64,000 nucleotides of DNA from Malacoraja senta (lineage: Eukaryota). Of the stretch, positions 1 through 15,000 are shown one piece after another. Location: positions 118,296,001 through 118,360,000 of the forward strand of contig CM075977.1 of NCBI GenBank assembly GCA_038087875.1. Direction: 5' to 3'. Position 1 is the stretch's first letter, and each line of letters begins with the position of its first letter. The translations under genes and the position numbers were made by a program. The notes beneath the pieces are model-generated. The model was not told the origin of the DNA. It ran no database searches and saw only the letters and a program-made list of their open reading frames with translations.

Positions 1-14
1 AGTTGGCTCATCAG
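1..14 (+). CDS. lnpep: LNPEP-like exon end, (H)ELAHQ zinc motif
   Basis: AG TTG GCT CAT CAG then GT donor at 15; phase 0 joins WFGNLVT. Confidence 0.8.
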
Positions 15-3000
15 GTATTTAAAATTTACCCAATAATGTAGATTTGAATTCAAAAGCTAATAATGAACAGATTACTTTGATCAGGATGTTGCATAACCCT
101 TTTACGACTTTGAAGTTGTGCTCATGCTAATTTCTACATAGTGTTTGAATATGCTTTTGTTACATGTTGAGAGGGGAAAGATTAAAAAGGGATCTGAGGG
201 ATCTCTTTCACGCGGAGAGTATGCGTGCATGGAACAAACTGCCCGAGGTGGTAGTAGAAAATGGGTACAATTATGACATACATTTAAAAGACACCTGGGA
301 ACATGAATAGGAAAGGTTTGGAAGGATTAGCTCAGTTAGTCCATTGGGTCAGCATATGTGAGTTGGGCCGAAGGATCTGTTTCCGTGCCATTCTTCACTC
401 TCTGATTTAATAGACAATAGACAATAGGTGCAGGAGTAGGCCATTTGGCCCTTCGAGCCAGCACCGCCATTCAATGTGATCATGGCTGATCATCCACAAT
501 CAGTACCCCGTTCCTGCCTTCTCCCCATATCCCCTGACTCCGCTATTTTTAAGAGCCCTATCTAGCTCTCTCTTGAAAGCATCCAGAGAACCAACCTCCA
601 CCGCCCTCTGAGGCAGAGAATTCCACAGACTCACCACTCTCTGTGAGAAAAAGTGTTTCCTCGTCTCCGTTATAAATGGCTTACTCCTTATTCTTAAACT
701 GTGGCCCCTGGTTCTGGACTCCCCCAACATCGGGAACATGTTTTCTGCCTCTAGCGTGTCCAAGCCCTTAACAATCTTATATGTTTCAATGAGAATCCCT
801 CTCATCCTTCTAAACTCCAGAGTGTACAACCCCAGCTGTTCCATTCTCTCAGCATATGACAGTCCCACCATCCCGGGAATTAACCTTGTAAACCTACGCT
901 GCACTCCCTCGATAGCAAGAATGTCCTTCCTCAAATTAGGGGACCAAAACTGCACTGATTTGACTGATGTACGGTTTCCCAATCTAAAACTTCTTAATTT
1001 CTACAGGAAAGAGTTGTCACTTCGACATTAGCAATCGGACCCCACCCTTCACAATGGTAGGCCTATGCAAGTAAAGATGAATAAAGTGTTAATAGTGGTG
1101 GAAAAGATGGGAGAGTGATTGAAGAATATCAATGTTGGCAGTAGGCCTAGTACCAAATAGAGCACATGGTTGACCAAGAATTTGAGAAGAAGTCCAAAAG
1201 GTATAGATAACTTATTTGATAGTGCCGTATTTGATTTCTGAGGCATGTGTTATAATTCAATGAATTAGTATTAGCTTTTTGGCAGCAAAATGTGCAGTTG
1301 CCTGCATTTAATTTGCACAATCTTAAAAGTTCCAACAAAGTAGGAATGTTCTATTTTTAATCTTTCCCCAAAATAACCATGAATGTAATTCTTGTGGGAA
1401 ATGGAAAGATTCACATCAGCTTGTTGCTTGGTTTGAATGGAGGAAGCTTTGCATTTGGCTGTGAATTGTCCATCCAAGAAAAGGTCAATGTGATGATGAG
1501 GAGATAAACGTCATAGCGTTGGCACAATACCTTCCACTCCTCCTACATTAATACACAAGTATTATTTGGGGATTATAGTGAACTTCATTAATGTATGACC
1601 GGTGAAGCCTTCTTTATGGTGCAGTAGTTTACCTTGGTGAATGGACATAGAGGAATTTCAGGATTAGTCAGAGCCTATATCAGAAAGATAATACATTTAA
1701 AGATGATTGTAAATTTTAGTGTGTCTAGTAGGTCAGAAAGACTGTGCTAAGAATGTGGGATGGGGAAACCTATAAAAAACATTAGGAAATTGAAAATGTG
1801 AAATACTAATCATTATAGCACATTAATGTTTTACATCTAATGCATAGCATTCATCGCTACCATTAAAAAAAAAAGTTACTATGAATCAAAAATAAGCCAT
1901 GCACTAAGAAGTAAATGCCTTATTTAATGCATGTTACAGGCGTGATGATAAATGTAATTTATCTACACATTTTGCGATTAAAGAAAAAAGTGATTTGCGT
2001 AGAAATGTGTAGCTTTGCTCTCGCGTTGAGAGCAAAAACAAGTTAGGACAAAGTAGACTAAATATTGATTAGTGCCTTCCCCAGAACCCCTGCAAAGTAT
2101 TTCCATTCAAACACTTATCAATGTCATTTATCCGATGACTATCACCAGACAGACATATGCGGTGTAGGCAAGAGCACTGAACATCTGTTGAAGGACCTGT
2201 GTGTAATATTAGTTGACAGGCCAACACTGTTCAAAATTCTTCACTTGTCTTCAAAGTTGTTCACAGTCTGCAACTGTCATGAAAAGAAAATTAGGCAAGT
2301 GACCCGGCATTCAGTACATGCAATGTCTGAGCTGTTATGCAAGCGACAGGTGTACATTAAAATGTTAATGTACACACTGGCTAAGTTGCCTGCTTCAGTT
2401 GTGGTGTGCACTGTCCACAGGGTGCGGAGCCAAAGCCAGATATGTTCAAAGGTGAATTTCTGTCCATTTCTATTTTTAAATGAAATCCTTTGCAATGAAT
2501 GACCTTATTGAGAGTGGCCTATATTTACACTAGCTGTGTGTGGGGTTTTCACAGTTGGCAGCACCATTATTGCAAATTCCATCTATATGTGGACTTTATG
2601 TTTAATATTTGGATTTGACTGAGGCAATTTTTGAATTTTGTTCAGTAGAAATTGCATAATGAGAAGGTAATCTTCCATTCTACATGACGGCAATCAGCAA
2701 GTAATGAAAGAGTGGTGGAAAAGATGTTAAACTGGGGTTTTAATTAAGATCTTTAAGGAGCAGAGAGCCAAGCATGGCCCCGGGATGACTGAAGGCATAT
2801 CCTGCACAGGAGGGGAATTGATTTACAACAATCTCTCGGGTTTGAGAACGGAGAAAGGCTACTTCGATGGGGCGGGACATGGTGTGGAAGAATTTTAAAC
2901 ATGAATTGCATGGAAAGCAAAATGAAAAACAAAAGTTCCAAAAAGCTTCCTGTAGCAGTGATTTGGGTTTCATTGTTCATAAGCAATCGGAGCAGAATTA

Positions 3001-6000
3001 GGCCATTCGGCCTATCAAGTTTATGCCATTCAATCATGGCTGATAAATCTTTCCTTCTCAACCCCATTCTCCTGCTTCCTCCCCATAACCCCTGACACCT
3101 GTACTATCCAAGAACCTATCTCTCTGCCTTAAATATCTACAGCCTTCTGTGGCAATGGATTCCACAGATTAACCACGACCAGCCTCACCAATGGTCTGTC
3201 TGTCTTCTTTTATTATTTTTGGTCTGTTTTAAAAGTATGTGTTAATGCTGTCTGGTTTGTTTTATGTGGGGGGTGGGGGAGGAGGTCGGGGGAAACATTT
3301 TTTAAATCTCTTACCTTGTCGGAGATGCGATTGTTTTCCGAATTTGTATCTCCGGTCGCTCTGCGGCCTAACATCATGGAGCTGGAGGCGTTGCACGGGA
3401 CTGACTTTGAGCCCCACCACGGGGCAGTGGACTTGCCATCGGAGCCAATCCCTTGCCTGGGATTGCCTGCAGATTTCACCATCGAGGAACTCACCGTCTT
3501 GGGTAGAGACCGATGTTGGGAAGCTCCAAACGACGCAGAAGGTTCGACTAGCCCCGACCCGGGGTCCGATCGCCTGGCATGGGGGGAGCTGACATCCTCC
3601 CGTTGAAGGAGCTTGATCGCCCCGACGCGGAGGGCCCGACCGCCGGCTACGGGAGTCAAGATTGTCCCGTCAATGGAAGGCTCGAGGCCCCTGACAGCCG
3701 GAGAACAAAGAAGGGAAGCGATTGAACTTTTTTCCACCATCCATCACAGTGAGGAATGTGGAAGAGTCACTGTGGAGGATGTTCATGTTAAAATGTATTT
3801 TGTGTATTTTGCTTTTTAATGGTGTTGCAAATCAAATTCCTCATATGTTGCAAAACATACTTGACTAATAAAGTATGATTATGATTATGATTCATTTGGA
3901 TTGGGTGATTTATCCAATTTAAGTACCACCCAGATTTCAATTGCACCTTTCTGTAAAATAGAGTGTGGGGAGGGTGTGTGTGGGGTGGGGGGAGTATGGG
4001 GGGGTGGGGAGGGGGGTGATGTGGGGGGGTGGGGGTGGTGTGGGGGGAAGGGATGTGGGGGCTCACCGGTTCCAGGACTCACTCAGCGGCTCCCCCCACC
4101 AGCGCCCGTCGCCCACGAAACGCAGCCCGCCCCTGACGGCGAAACACAGCCAGCCCCCGCCCACGGAACGATGAGAGTTTTAGTAATAGTATAGATATAG
4201 ATAGAAGATATAGAAGATGGATAGGTATAAATAGAAGATAGATATAGATAGATATAGAAGACAGTATAGATAGGTATAGATATAGATATAGATATAGACA
4301 TAGATATAGATATAGATAGATAGGCATGGACCAGGCCTGGCATAATCTAGACCATTGCTTTTGAAAGAATAAAGTAATAGGGTGCCTTGAGGTGCATCAA
4401 TCTTGATGGTAAGTGGGGAGAAGATGTTACCAATCAAGTTAAGAGATTTGCCATTGTAGATTGGGTGTTTTGGATCTTGGAAAGCCTGACCATCTAATAT
4501 TGATCAGCTCCAATCTTTGCATCTGGAGCTCAACACAATTGAAATGCATGGGAATTGCACTAAGTGTCTAAAGGTTGCTGCTCATTCAGAGTAGGTAAGG
4601 TGTCTTGTGAGATGAAAAGGCAAGGACAGCAAATGGTGGCAGAAAAAGTAGCAAAGTTGTACAATAGAAAGAAAAATTGTATGGATAAAAAAATCATTGG
4701 ACAATATCCAATTTAGATTAAGACTGAATTCTGGGCCAACATTGTCATTAAAAACGGTTTGACCAGATTGACTACAACATTGTTCATCTGAGTGCTTACA
4801 CAGAGTTTACAATATTGATAACTCTGACTCTGCCACCTACCATTTTTCTTTGAAGCATATCCTCTGTAGATATCTTTTGTGTATCCACAGGTCTGGAATC
4901 ATCCTCGTCTGTTAGTGACTAACTGCTGAACATCTCTGGTGACGTTGACTCCTGGTTTTGGAGTTGATGGCAAAATATCCTCATCAGTTGTTAATGCTTT
5001 GTGAAATTCTCTCAGTTGCCTGATCTGACTTAAGTGTATTTCTGCATATATCTACAGCCAGTGGTATGTCTTCTAGATTTTAATGAATAAGCTTAAAACA
5101 GTAGAACAATATCAGTTTTTTAAAGTGATTTTCATTTAAAAGACCTAGGTGAATATTGTCCATGATATTGGGGGAATTGGTCAGCACTGAGATGATTGAC
5201 CTATTTAATGGGAAATTCATATTTGGTGTCGATTTGTTTTCCATTAAAATTAATTTAAGATGGCTTTGTTTCTCAAATGATTTTTGTTCTCCTCAGTGGT
5301 TTGGTAACCTAGTGACTATGGAATGGTGGAATGATCTTTGGTTAAATGAAGGATTTGCCACTTTTATGGAATTTTTTTCACTTGAAAAAGTATTCCCTGA
5401 TTTCCAAGTGGTAAGTTAAAATTTAATTTCTCGTCATCTGGTTTATCATCTTAAGAACAGTTTGTTATTAAAGGAGAAGATAATTACTTTAGACCCTTTC
5501 AATTCTTCCCTATAACCATATTATCTAATTGAATTTACAAGGGCACAAAGTATAATTTCTTATCCAGATTTTGGTTTGAACTACAAAACAAAGTTTGAGT
5601 CTCATCAATATTTGACGAAATTCACTGTAATGAGGCACTGTAATATTGTAAAGCATGCATGGATAAACTTGAATACCCAGGTCATTAATACCTGTTTAAA
5701 ATCTAGATCACTTACTTGAGAAGAAGGCAGTCTGTTAAATTGTAATACTAGTATAAGTGTGTGAATGAGACCTGTCCCATTTGAAAATTAATAGATAGTC
5801 TATGATGTATTTTCCAGATAGATGTTAACAATTTATGTCAATGTGTTACGTTTTACAGTATCATGGCCTTTCAACAAACTTCCTTTGTTTTGTATTCATG
5901 TTTTACACATAGAGTGACCGCTTCTTGCACACTCGCTTCAGGGCAATGGAGAAAGATTCAATGAATTCATCCCACCCACTCTCCACTCCCGTTGAAACTT

Positions 6001-9000
6001 TTGAACAAATTCTGGAAATGTTTGATTCTATTTCCTATGAAAAGGTATGTAAATCAATTAGTAAAGAAATTGTACTCAAGTTGTAGAAATGTTTCCAGTT
6101 ATTCCAATCGGGGATCTATGCATGTGAAGAGTCTTTGTGCAACATAACATGTTTGTGAGCGTGCCAACAAGGGATTCCCTCCAGTCTGATCACCCTGTGA
6201 ATTTCTTGTGCGCCCTTGCCAGCTTCGGCACCTCCAGAACTGCACTCTGTACTCCATGTGGTGTTACCAATGCGTTGTAAAGCTGTAACATGATGTCCCA
6301 ACATCTCCATGTCCTGACGAAGACAAGCATATGAGATGCATTCAATAGCATCCTGTCTAACTGTATAATCAGTCAGGTACTTTTACCCCTAAATCTGTCT
6401 CTCCTACAATGCTTTGCCATTTACTGTTTAAGTCCTGCCTTATTTTAGTTTCCTAAAATGCAACACTCGTGCTTCTCAAAGTTAAATTCTATCTGCCAAT
6501 CTTTGACCCAATTTCCCATTTGATCTAGATCCTGTTGTAATCTTGGATAACCTTCACTGTCCGTATGCCACTAATTTTAATGGCATCTGCAAATTTGCTG
6601 ACGACATTCTTATTCAAATCATTAATATAATCATGAAGAAGGGTCTCGATCCGAAACATCGCCTATTCCTTCTCTCCATAGATGCTGCCTCACCCGCTGA
6701 GTTTCTCCAGCATTTTTTGTCTACCTTCGATTTTTCCAGCATCTGCAGTTCTTTCTTAAATATAACCTCCCAGATCATTCTCTAAATCAGTTGCTTTTCT
6801 GGTTGGGCATTCTATGTATTTAAAAATGTTCTCTTAAAGTTCACTTAAATCGACTTTTAGAGTAATGCACCTTATACTGTTTTTCTACATTTTGAAATTG
6901 CATATAATTATGGTCTCATTATTTATGCCCTGAGAAACTTGTTTTCCTTTTCCGTCTGAATAATGATCCATTGTATACAACTCACAATGGGATTGTATCA
7001 TTTTATCCTTCCCTGCAACTCTAATGAATTGCTTTTTGAGGCATCCAGAAATTATTCATTCTTAGATGTATTTTTAAACCAACAAATTCAACTTTTTTAG
7101 CTTACATTATTAGTTTCCTCACACAGAAGATTATACCACTGAGTTCTCCCAAATTCCTTTAATTCCTTCCAGTGTGTTACCCATGCCTTGCAAACCCATT
7201 CATTTATTTCCTGGCTTCCATATCCACTTGTTTTGTCTCATGGATTTTCTTACACTTATCAAGCTAGTATCAACCCACCCAAATAGCCTTTCCATATTGC
7301 TGTTATTTATGACTTTATTGTCTTGCGCAGCTCCCAACCTTGCATAACTAATCCTCATGAATCTGACCAACTCAACTTTCATCTATAATATCCTTTTATT
7401 AGAATGTGACACCTGTCATATACCATAATTTATAGCGTTGTGGGTTTTTTTTAATCCCTTTCCCAGTACCCTATTAACCTGCCTGCATGGTCTCTTTCTT
7501 TCTGTCAATGTCATTGGAAACTGTATGGACCATGACTTCTGGCAATATAAACCAATGGATATTTTTAAGGCAGAGATAGATAGATTCCTGATCAGTGTGG
7601 GTGTCTGGGGTTATGGGGAGAAGGCAGGAGAATGGGGTTAGGAGGGAGAAATAGATCAGCCTTGATTGAATGGCGGAGTAGACTTGATGGGCCGAATGGC
7701 CTAATTCTGCTCCTATTACTTATCACAATGTAAGGGGAGCATTGAAGTTTTCAGATGATACAAATAATAGTATCATCAATGGTTGATAATAAAGATAGCC
7801 ATAGGGTGCAGAGAGATATTGACTGAGTGGACAGAAGTGTGGCAAATGGAATTCAATCCAAGGAGTTATGAGGTGATGCATAACAGTGGAACAAGCAAAA
7901 TAAAACATGGAAAGGGTGAAACACTGAAAAATGCAGAGGAATAAAGGGATCTTGGAAAACATGTCCCCAGATCTTGGAAAATTAGGCAGATAAACAACCT
8001 GATTGCGAATGCACTGTGAAAATGTTATCAGCCGGCACTTGATTACATGGCAGGGAATAATATAAAACACATGTAAAACCAAGCTACATGTGTCATTCGC
8101 ATTCTGGTCATTGCCTTGTAGGAAGGATGTGAGGAATGGTAACAGGATGCATTAATTTAATTCTGAACAAAAACATATTAGTAATGATGTCTGCTAAACT
8201 AGCAAATTGTATTAAAAGATGATATTCCTTCCCAATTGACCTTGGGGAATGAAATCCTGGAAATTAGCTGATCTGCCATATTTGTGACTGCACATTCACA
8301 CTATAGTGTGATTAACTCTGGAATTACCTGGTAAGCCATTCGGTTCAAAGCAGTTAGGAAAGGGCATTAAATGTTATAATTATCAGGGGGACTCACGACC
8401 TGTGAATTAATTGAAGAAATTATAGGACTGCAGTAGGAACAGAAAAATATATTGAGGATATTTCCAAGACTGAAGAATTTTTGTTGTGAAGAAAGATTGG
8501 ATAGGATGGTGTTGATTTCTCTAAGAAAATATTTCTAAGGCATACAGGAATGACATTTCCCTTTGCTGAAGTAATTGATGAAGGGAGAGCAGATTTGATG
8601 AAGGGAGAGCAGATTTTATTTTATTCAGAGGGTGGTGAGGAATTTAACGAAAGAGTCGTAAGAGACCAAAATCTTCATTGTGTAGAAAGTATTTGGATAT
8701 GGGAGTGCAAAACCCAACACTTGGAAAGCAAGCTTAGACCATATAGAGATTTTTTTCAGCTTTTATAGATACAATGAGTCCAATAGGTCTCCCATGCTGT
8801 AAATGTATGATTCTAATTGCTTTTTGACAGATTTCCCATGTGAGCTCTGGATTATGTTAGTCTGCTGATAACTTTTTATATAAGGAATAACCATTGCAAA
8901 TTAATATTGCTCAAGTATTTATTAAAACATCTGATCACTCCCAGACGATTGGCAATAGACAATATGTCTGTTTGAGAAACACTAATCAAATAATTTGAAA

Positions 9001-12000
9001 TATATTAATATTAGAATTCAGGTGCAGGGAATAGAGTTAGAAACATCTGTAATCTCTTCAACAAGTGACAGAGCATTAATCATCCAACCTGCTTGGCGTA
9101 TGTGACGTTTTGAAGTGTTTGGGTGGTCCATGACTGATTGCAAAAGGTTTATTGTGTAATGGTTGACCTTTAATGCCTAAGGGTGGTTGAATGAGAAAGA
9201 TGAATTCCGTGAGTGAGGAGATTGAGAGATCAACAATTGGAACATAAAATAGTACAGCACGGGAACAGACTCTTTGGCCCACAATGCCCATGCTGATCAG
9301 GATGCCAAGTTAAACTAATCTCTTCTGCCAACACGTGATCCATATCTTCCATATCTAAAAGCCTCTTAAATACCAGTTAGCTTGCTGTTGCTGGGAAGCC
9401 AGATTGTTGTTTTTTGCTAATTCTTCCTCAAGGATGCTGTTAGATATATCATTCCATAGCAATTTATCATTAAACATTAACAGCGGTACTACAGAAAAAG
9501 ATGATAAAATAAATTACTTCTCCCAGATCTGTTTGGTTAAATTCTAATATAATATTTGCATTAAGGTCAGTTTATTTATTTTCTACTTTCTGCCGTCCTA
9601 TTTCCTTTGTTCACTACTTTTCCTGAGAAGCAATGGCTTTGTGTTGGCTGGAAATACGCACATATGTTTCAGAAATATATTTGCTTAACAGAGATTGCCA
9701 GCAAACATGATGAATATTTCCATATCCAAATGCACCCGTATAATTCACTGTGTGAATTGTTTTCCCTTTTGCACCTTTCCCCAGTGTATATTTGGTTAAT
9801 AGAGATCAGAGACATGATCATTTTAAACTCAAAAAATCTCCCATTTATTTTGATTTTGTATAAAAATTAGAATGAGTTCTGAATAAATCTGATGCAAAGT
9901 GAGTTTTCCTTTTGCTTATGAGTGATGTTGCTGTAAGCAGGTATCAAATAGATATATTTAACAGTGTGTGTGCTGCACCATCTCAATAGCTGCAGTTTGG
10001 GTAGATCAAATACACAAATACTCCTGTGGTTACGTGACCCGACCCATGTAGCCTTTGACATTCTTTTCAGCAGCGTGCGGTATAAATGCACTGCACATCT
10101 ATTCAATGTTTGTTCTCTGCATTACACCAAACCACAAGCTTAGAATATGTGTTCAGGTTTCCGCTGTGCAAATTGAAGCCACGTAATTTTATCTTTAGAA
10201 GACATTTTAATTAAGGGTCATAATGCACTAGAAGATAACAAACTTTTTGATGATAGACCTAATCTCATAAAATATGAAGCTCAGCATTTTTTAGTCTCTA
10301 TCTTAATTCAATGTGCCTATTTCCAATCCGGATCTACATTTTTGTAAAATCTTTAAAATAAAATAAGAATCCAGTGTTACTTATTTATTTGCCAGCCATC
10401 TGTGAGGTTTCTTTAAATACAAAGGATGTCAAGCCTGTTTAATGTTATTTCTGTCGCTGGATGGTACAGACACCCCCTTCCCCCGCCCCCAAATGTTAAG
10501 TTGCCAGACATCCATCGTTTGCCAGAGATAGACACAAAAAGTTGGAGTCACTCAGCGGGACAGGCAGCATCTCTAGAGTAAAGGAATGGGTGACGTTTCG
10601 GGTCGAGACCTTTCTTCAGACTGGTTAGGGATATAGGAAACGAGAGAAATAGGCGATTTAGAGAGATAGAACAATGAATGAAAGTTATGCAAAAAAGTAA
10701 TTATGATAAAGGAAACAGGCCATTGTTAGCAGTTTGTTAGGTGAAAACGAGAAGCTAGTGCGACTTGGGTAGGGGAAGGATAGAGAGAGAGAGAGTGAGA
10801 GAGGGGGGAGGGACTGCCGGGGCCTACCTGAAGTTGGCAAAATCAATATTCATACCACTGAGCTGTATGTAAGCTGCCCAAGCGAAATATGAGATATGCG
10901 TTTAGCCACACTGACAATGGAGGAGACCTAGGACCTTTGCTGGATTGGGTAAACCCGTGCCACTACATCTTTGGTACTACCTTTACTAAAGCTCCTCAAG
11001 TTCCATGCTTTTCCGGTTGTCTGAAAAATCGGAGTTGAAATGCAGAATTGTGTAAAAGATAATTGTATTCAATGATAAACATTCAAAATAAGCAACATTT
11101 TCTTTTTTTTCCCCCAGGGTGCTTCAATTCTGTTGATGTTGAAGGATTTCCTTAATGAAACCAATTTCCAGCAAGGAATTACGCAATATTTGAAGGAACA
11201 TAAGTATGGGAACACAAGAAATGAAGACCTCTGGAACTGTATGGCTAAAGTATGTAACCTTCTTATGATGCTTATGTATTTTCAATCTAATTATCCTGGA
11301 CTTTTGAAATGAAGTAGATCTAACCTTTCATAGAAAAATGGGCCAGAATTTGCTATAAAATAAATGGAGCATCCATAATTTCTCCGCAGTTCATGGTCCA
11401 ATTTGAGGGGAAGAAAAGGTACTTCATTTTCCTAGAGAACATGATAATGTGCCCTGCAAAACACGTACATATATACATACATGTGTATATTTTTACATAG
11501 TTGTATGTATATATATATTTATATATATATGTATATGTAAATGTATGTGTGTGTGTGTATATTTTTTTTAAAAAGGAACATGTTGTGTATCCTTAAAACT
11601 GCTTAGCTGTGCTGCATGGTCACCATTTCCGATGCCTCAACCCCAGTTTTCTCCCATATCCCACCTCCATTCCCTTATATCCTCTGATTTTGTCTCCAAA
11701 AATCTCTTGGTCTTGACCTTGAATTGTTCAACAACTGAATATCCACAGCCTTCTGATGTGGGGAATTTAAGTGTTTTTTTTCTGCAAAGAAATCTTTCCT
11801 CATCTGTGTCCTGTATATTGATGCATTTTAAATGGGAATTAAAATAGCTGCCTATATTGGTGATCTAAAATAAAAACTGAAAATTCTCAAGAGAATACCT
11901 GTGGAAAGGAAGAAAAGTTGCATTTCATGTTGCAAACCATTCTTCGGAACTAAAAAAAGACACAAAGTGCTGGAATAACTTAGCAGATCAGGCAGCATCT

Positions 12001-15000
12001 CAGGAGAACATGGATAACCTTGCAGAACATGGAGAACATTATTTTTGTCTCGTTAAATGTAGTTGTTTGTGGGTTTTTTTATACTGTTTTTAACTGTGTA
12101 TATGTGGGGGGGGGGGGGGAGGGGGAAACTTTAAAAAATCTCTTCCCTGTACGGGAGACCTGACCTTTTTCCTGTTGGGTCTCCGTTGTCGTTGGGGCCT
12201 AGCTCCGTGGAGCGGCCTCCGACCGGGACGACCTGGGGGCTCCAGTCGCGGAGCCTGTGGAGCTGCGGACTTACCATCGTGGGGCTGGCCGTCCTCGGAG
12301 CGTGAGGAGCGGTGGTGGCTCGCTGCTGCGGCCCGACTCCGGAGCTCCAGCTGCAGACCAGTGGACTGGGACATCGGGAGCTCGCGGGTCCGGGTGAGAG
12401 ACCGCTTTCCGGAGCTCCCGCAACGCAACCTCTCCCGCCCGTGTCGCGGGGTTGGAACGACCCGGAGCGGGGCCGTAAATCGCCCGGCGCGGCTTTAATG
12501 GCCGCGGGACATTCCAGCGCCCGCCGGGGGCTCCAACTTTGTGACTTTTGGGCCCGGAGCGAGGCCATACACCGCCCGGCGCGGCCTCAATGGCCGTGGG
12601 ATTTAACATTGCCCGCCTGGGGCTTCAACATCGGGAGAAAAATGGTGCAGGGGAGAGAAAAGACTTTGCCTTCCATCACAGTGAGGAGGAGATTCACTGT
12701 GATGGATGTTTTTCTGTAAATTGAATTGTTTGTGTGTCGTGTAGGAATTGTTTTGTTTGTATGGCTGTGGAAACGGAGTTTCGTTTGAGCCTCTTTGAGG
12801 TTCAAATGACAAGAAATAAAATCTAATCTAATCTAAGTGTTGAAGAAGGAACTGCAGATGCTGGAAAATCGAAGGTAGACAAAAGTGTTGGAGAAACTCA
12901 GCGGGTGCAGCAGCATCTATGGAGCGAAGGAAGTAGGCAATGATGGATGTAATGTTTTGGGTTGGGAAGCTTATTTGGAGTGATTGTGGGGAAATATAAC
13001 CTGCGTTATTCCAGCACATTGTCTTTTTCTAAAGTGTCATCTGCAGTTCCTTGTGTCTTCACAACTAATTCAGTGAAGGGTCTTCAATCTGAAATGAGAG
13101 CTTTGCTTCTCTTTCCATAGATGCTGCCTGACATGCTGAGTGTTTCCAGAATTTAGTTTTTTCTTATTTTCTTATTTTGATCCTTTTCTAACTTGCTAAT
13201 ACACTACAGGCAGAGGCTATGGATCTTTCAGTATGAAAGTAAAACCACACACAGCCAATGGACAATAGACAAGAGACATTAGGTGCAGGAGTAGGCCCTT
13301 CGAGCCAGCACCACCATTCACTGTGATCATGGCCCAATCAGTACCCCGTTCCTGCCTTATCCCCACATCCCTTGAATCCGCTATCTTTAAGAGCTCTATC
13401 TCTCTCTCTTGAAAGCATCCAGAGAATTGGCCTCCACTGTCTTCTGAGGCAGAGAATTCCACAGATTCACAACTCTCTGGGTGAAATATTTTATCCTCAT
13501 CTCCGTTCTAAAACTTATTCTTAAACTGTGGCCCCTGGTTCTGGACTCCCCCAACATCGGGAACATGTTTCCTGCCTCTAGCGTGTCCAATCCCTTCATA
13601 ATCTTATATGTTTCAATAAGATCTCCTCTCATCCTTCTAAATTCCTGTGTATACAAGCCCAGTTGCTCCATTCTTTCAACATATGACAGTCCCACCATCC
13701 CGGGAATTAATCTCGTGAACCTACGCTGCAATTCCTCAATAGCAAGAATGTCCTTCATCAAATTTGGAGACCAAAACTGCACACAATACTCCAGGTGTGG
13801 TCTCCCTAGGACCGTACAACTGCAGAAGGACCTCTTTGCTCCTATACCATCTCCTCTTGTTATGAAGGCCAACATGCCATTTGCTTTCTTCACTGCTTGC
13901 TGTACCTGCATGCTTACTTTTAGTGACTGATGAACAAGGACACCCAGATCTCGTTGAACTCCCCCTTTTCCTAACTTGACACCATTCGGATAATAATCTG
14001 CCTTCCTGTTCTTGCCACCAAAGTGGATAACCTCACATTTATCCACATTAAACTGCATCTGCCATACGTCTGCCCACTCACCCAACCTGTCCAAGTCACC
14101 CTGCATTCTCATAGCATCCTCCTCACAGTTCACACTGCCACCCAGCTTTGTGTCATCTGCAAATTTGCTAATGTTACTTTTAATCCCTTCACCTAAATCA
14201 TTAATGTATATTGTAAATAGCTGCGGTCCCAGCACCGAGCCTTGCGGTACCCCCACTTGCGCTACCCTCCAATCCACAGGAACTGATCCTGAATCTATAG
14301 ATCATTGTGAAATGATCACCTATGCGTCCACGATTTCTAGAGCCACTTCCTTATGTACCCTGGAATTAGGCCCTGGGGATTTATCAACCTTCATTCCCAT
14401 CAATCCCATGGGATTTATCAACCTTCAGTCCATCAGTCTACCCAACACCATTTCCTGCCTAATGTGAATTTCCTTCAGTTCCTCCGTCACCCGAGGTCCT
14501 CTGGCCACTAGTACATCCGGGAGATTGTTTGTGTCTTACTTAGTGAAGACAGATCCAAAGTACCTGTTCAACTCGTCTGCAATTTCCTTGTTCCCCATAA
14601 TAGATTCACCTGTTTCTGTCTTCAAGCGTCCAACTTTGGTCTTATATACCCTTTGGTCTCACATTCTCCTTTATATTCTTGGCTAGCTTACCTTTGCACC
14701 TCATCTTTTCTCCCCCTATTGCCTTTTTAGTTATTTTTCTGTTGCTCTTTAAAAGTTTCCCAATCCTCTAGCATCCTGGTCATCTTTGCTATGTTATACT
14801 TTTTTATTTTTATACTGTCCTTGTTTTCCCTTGTCAGCCATGGTCACCTCTTATTCCCCTTAGAATCTTTCTTCCTCTTTGGAATGAACTGATCCTGCAC
14901 CTTCTGTATTATTCCCAGAAATACCTGCCATTGTTGTTCCACTGTCATCCCTGCTAGGGTATCTTTCCAGTCAACTTTGGCCAGTTCCTCCCTCATGGCT

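Noticed and set aside
738-1031. ORFs antisense to LINE ORF2 (also 13481-13930, 55378-55818, 57024-57416, 61811-62185)
   Set aside because: Shadow frames of LINE coding sequence.
3213-3819. Overlapping ORFs of 100-175 aa in GC-rich segments (also 12090-12719, 28268-28803, 50999-51541)
   Set aside because: These arise from stop-poor GC-rich repeats. They are open on both strands, show no recognisable domain and share no protein between the related copies.
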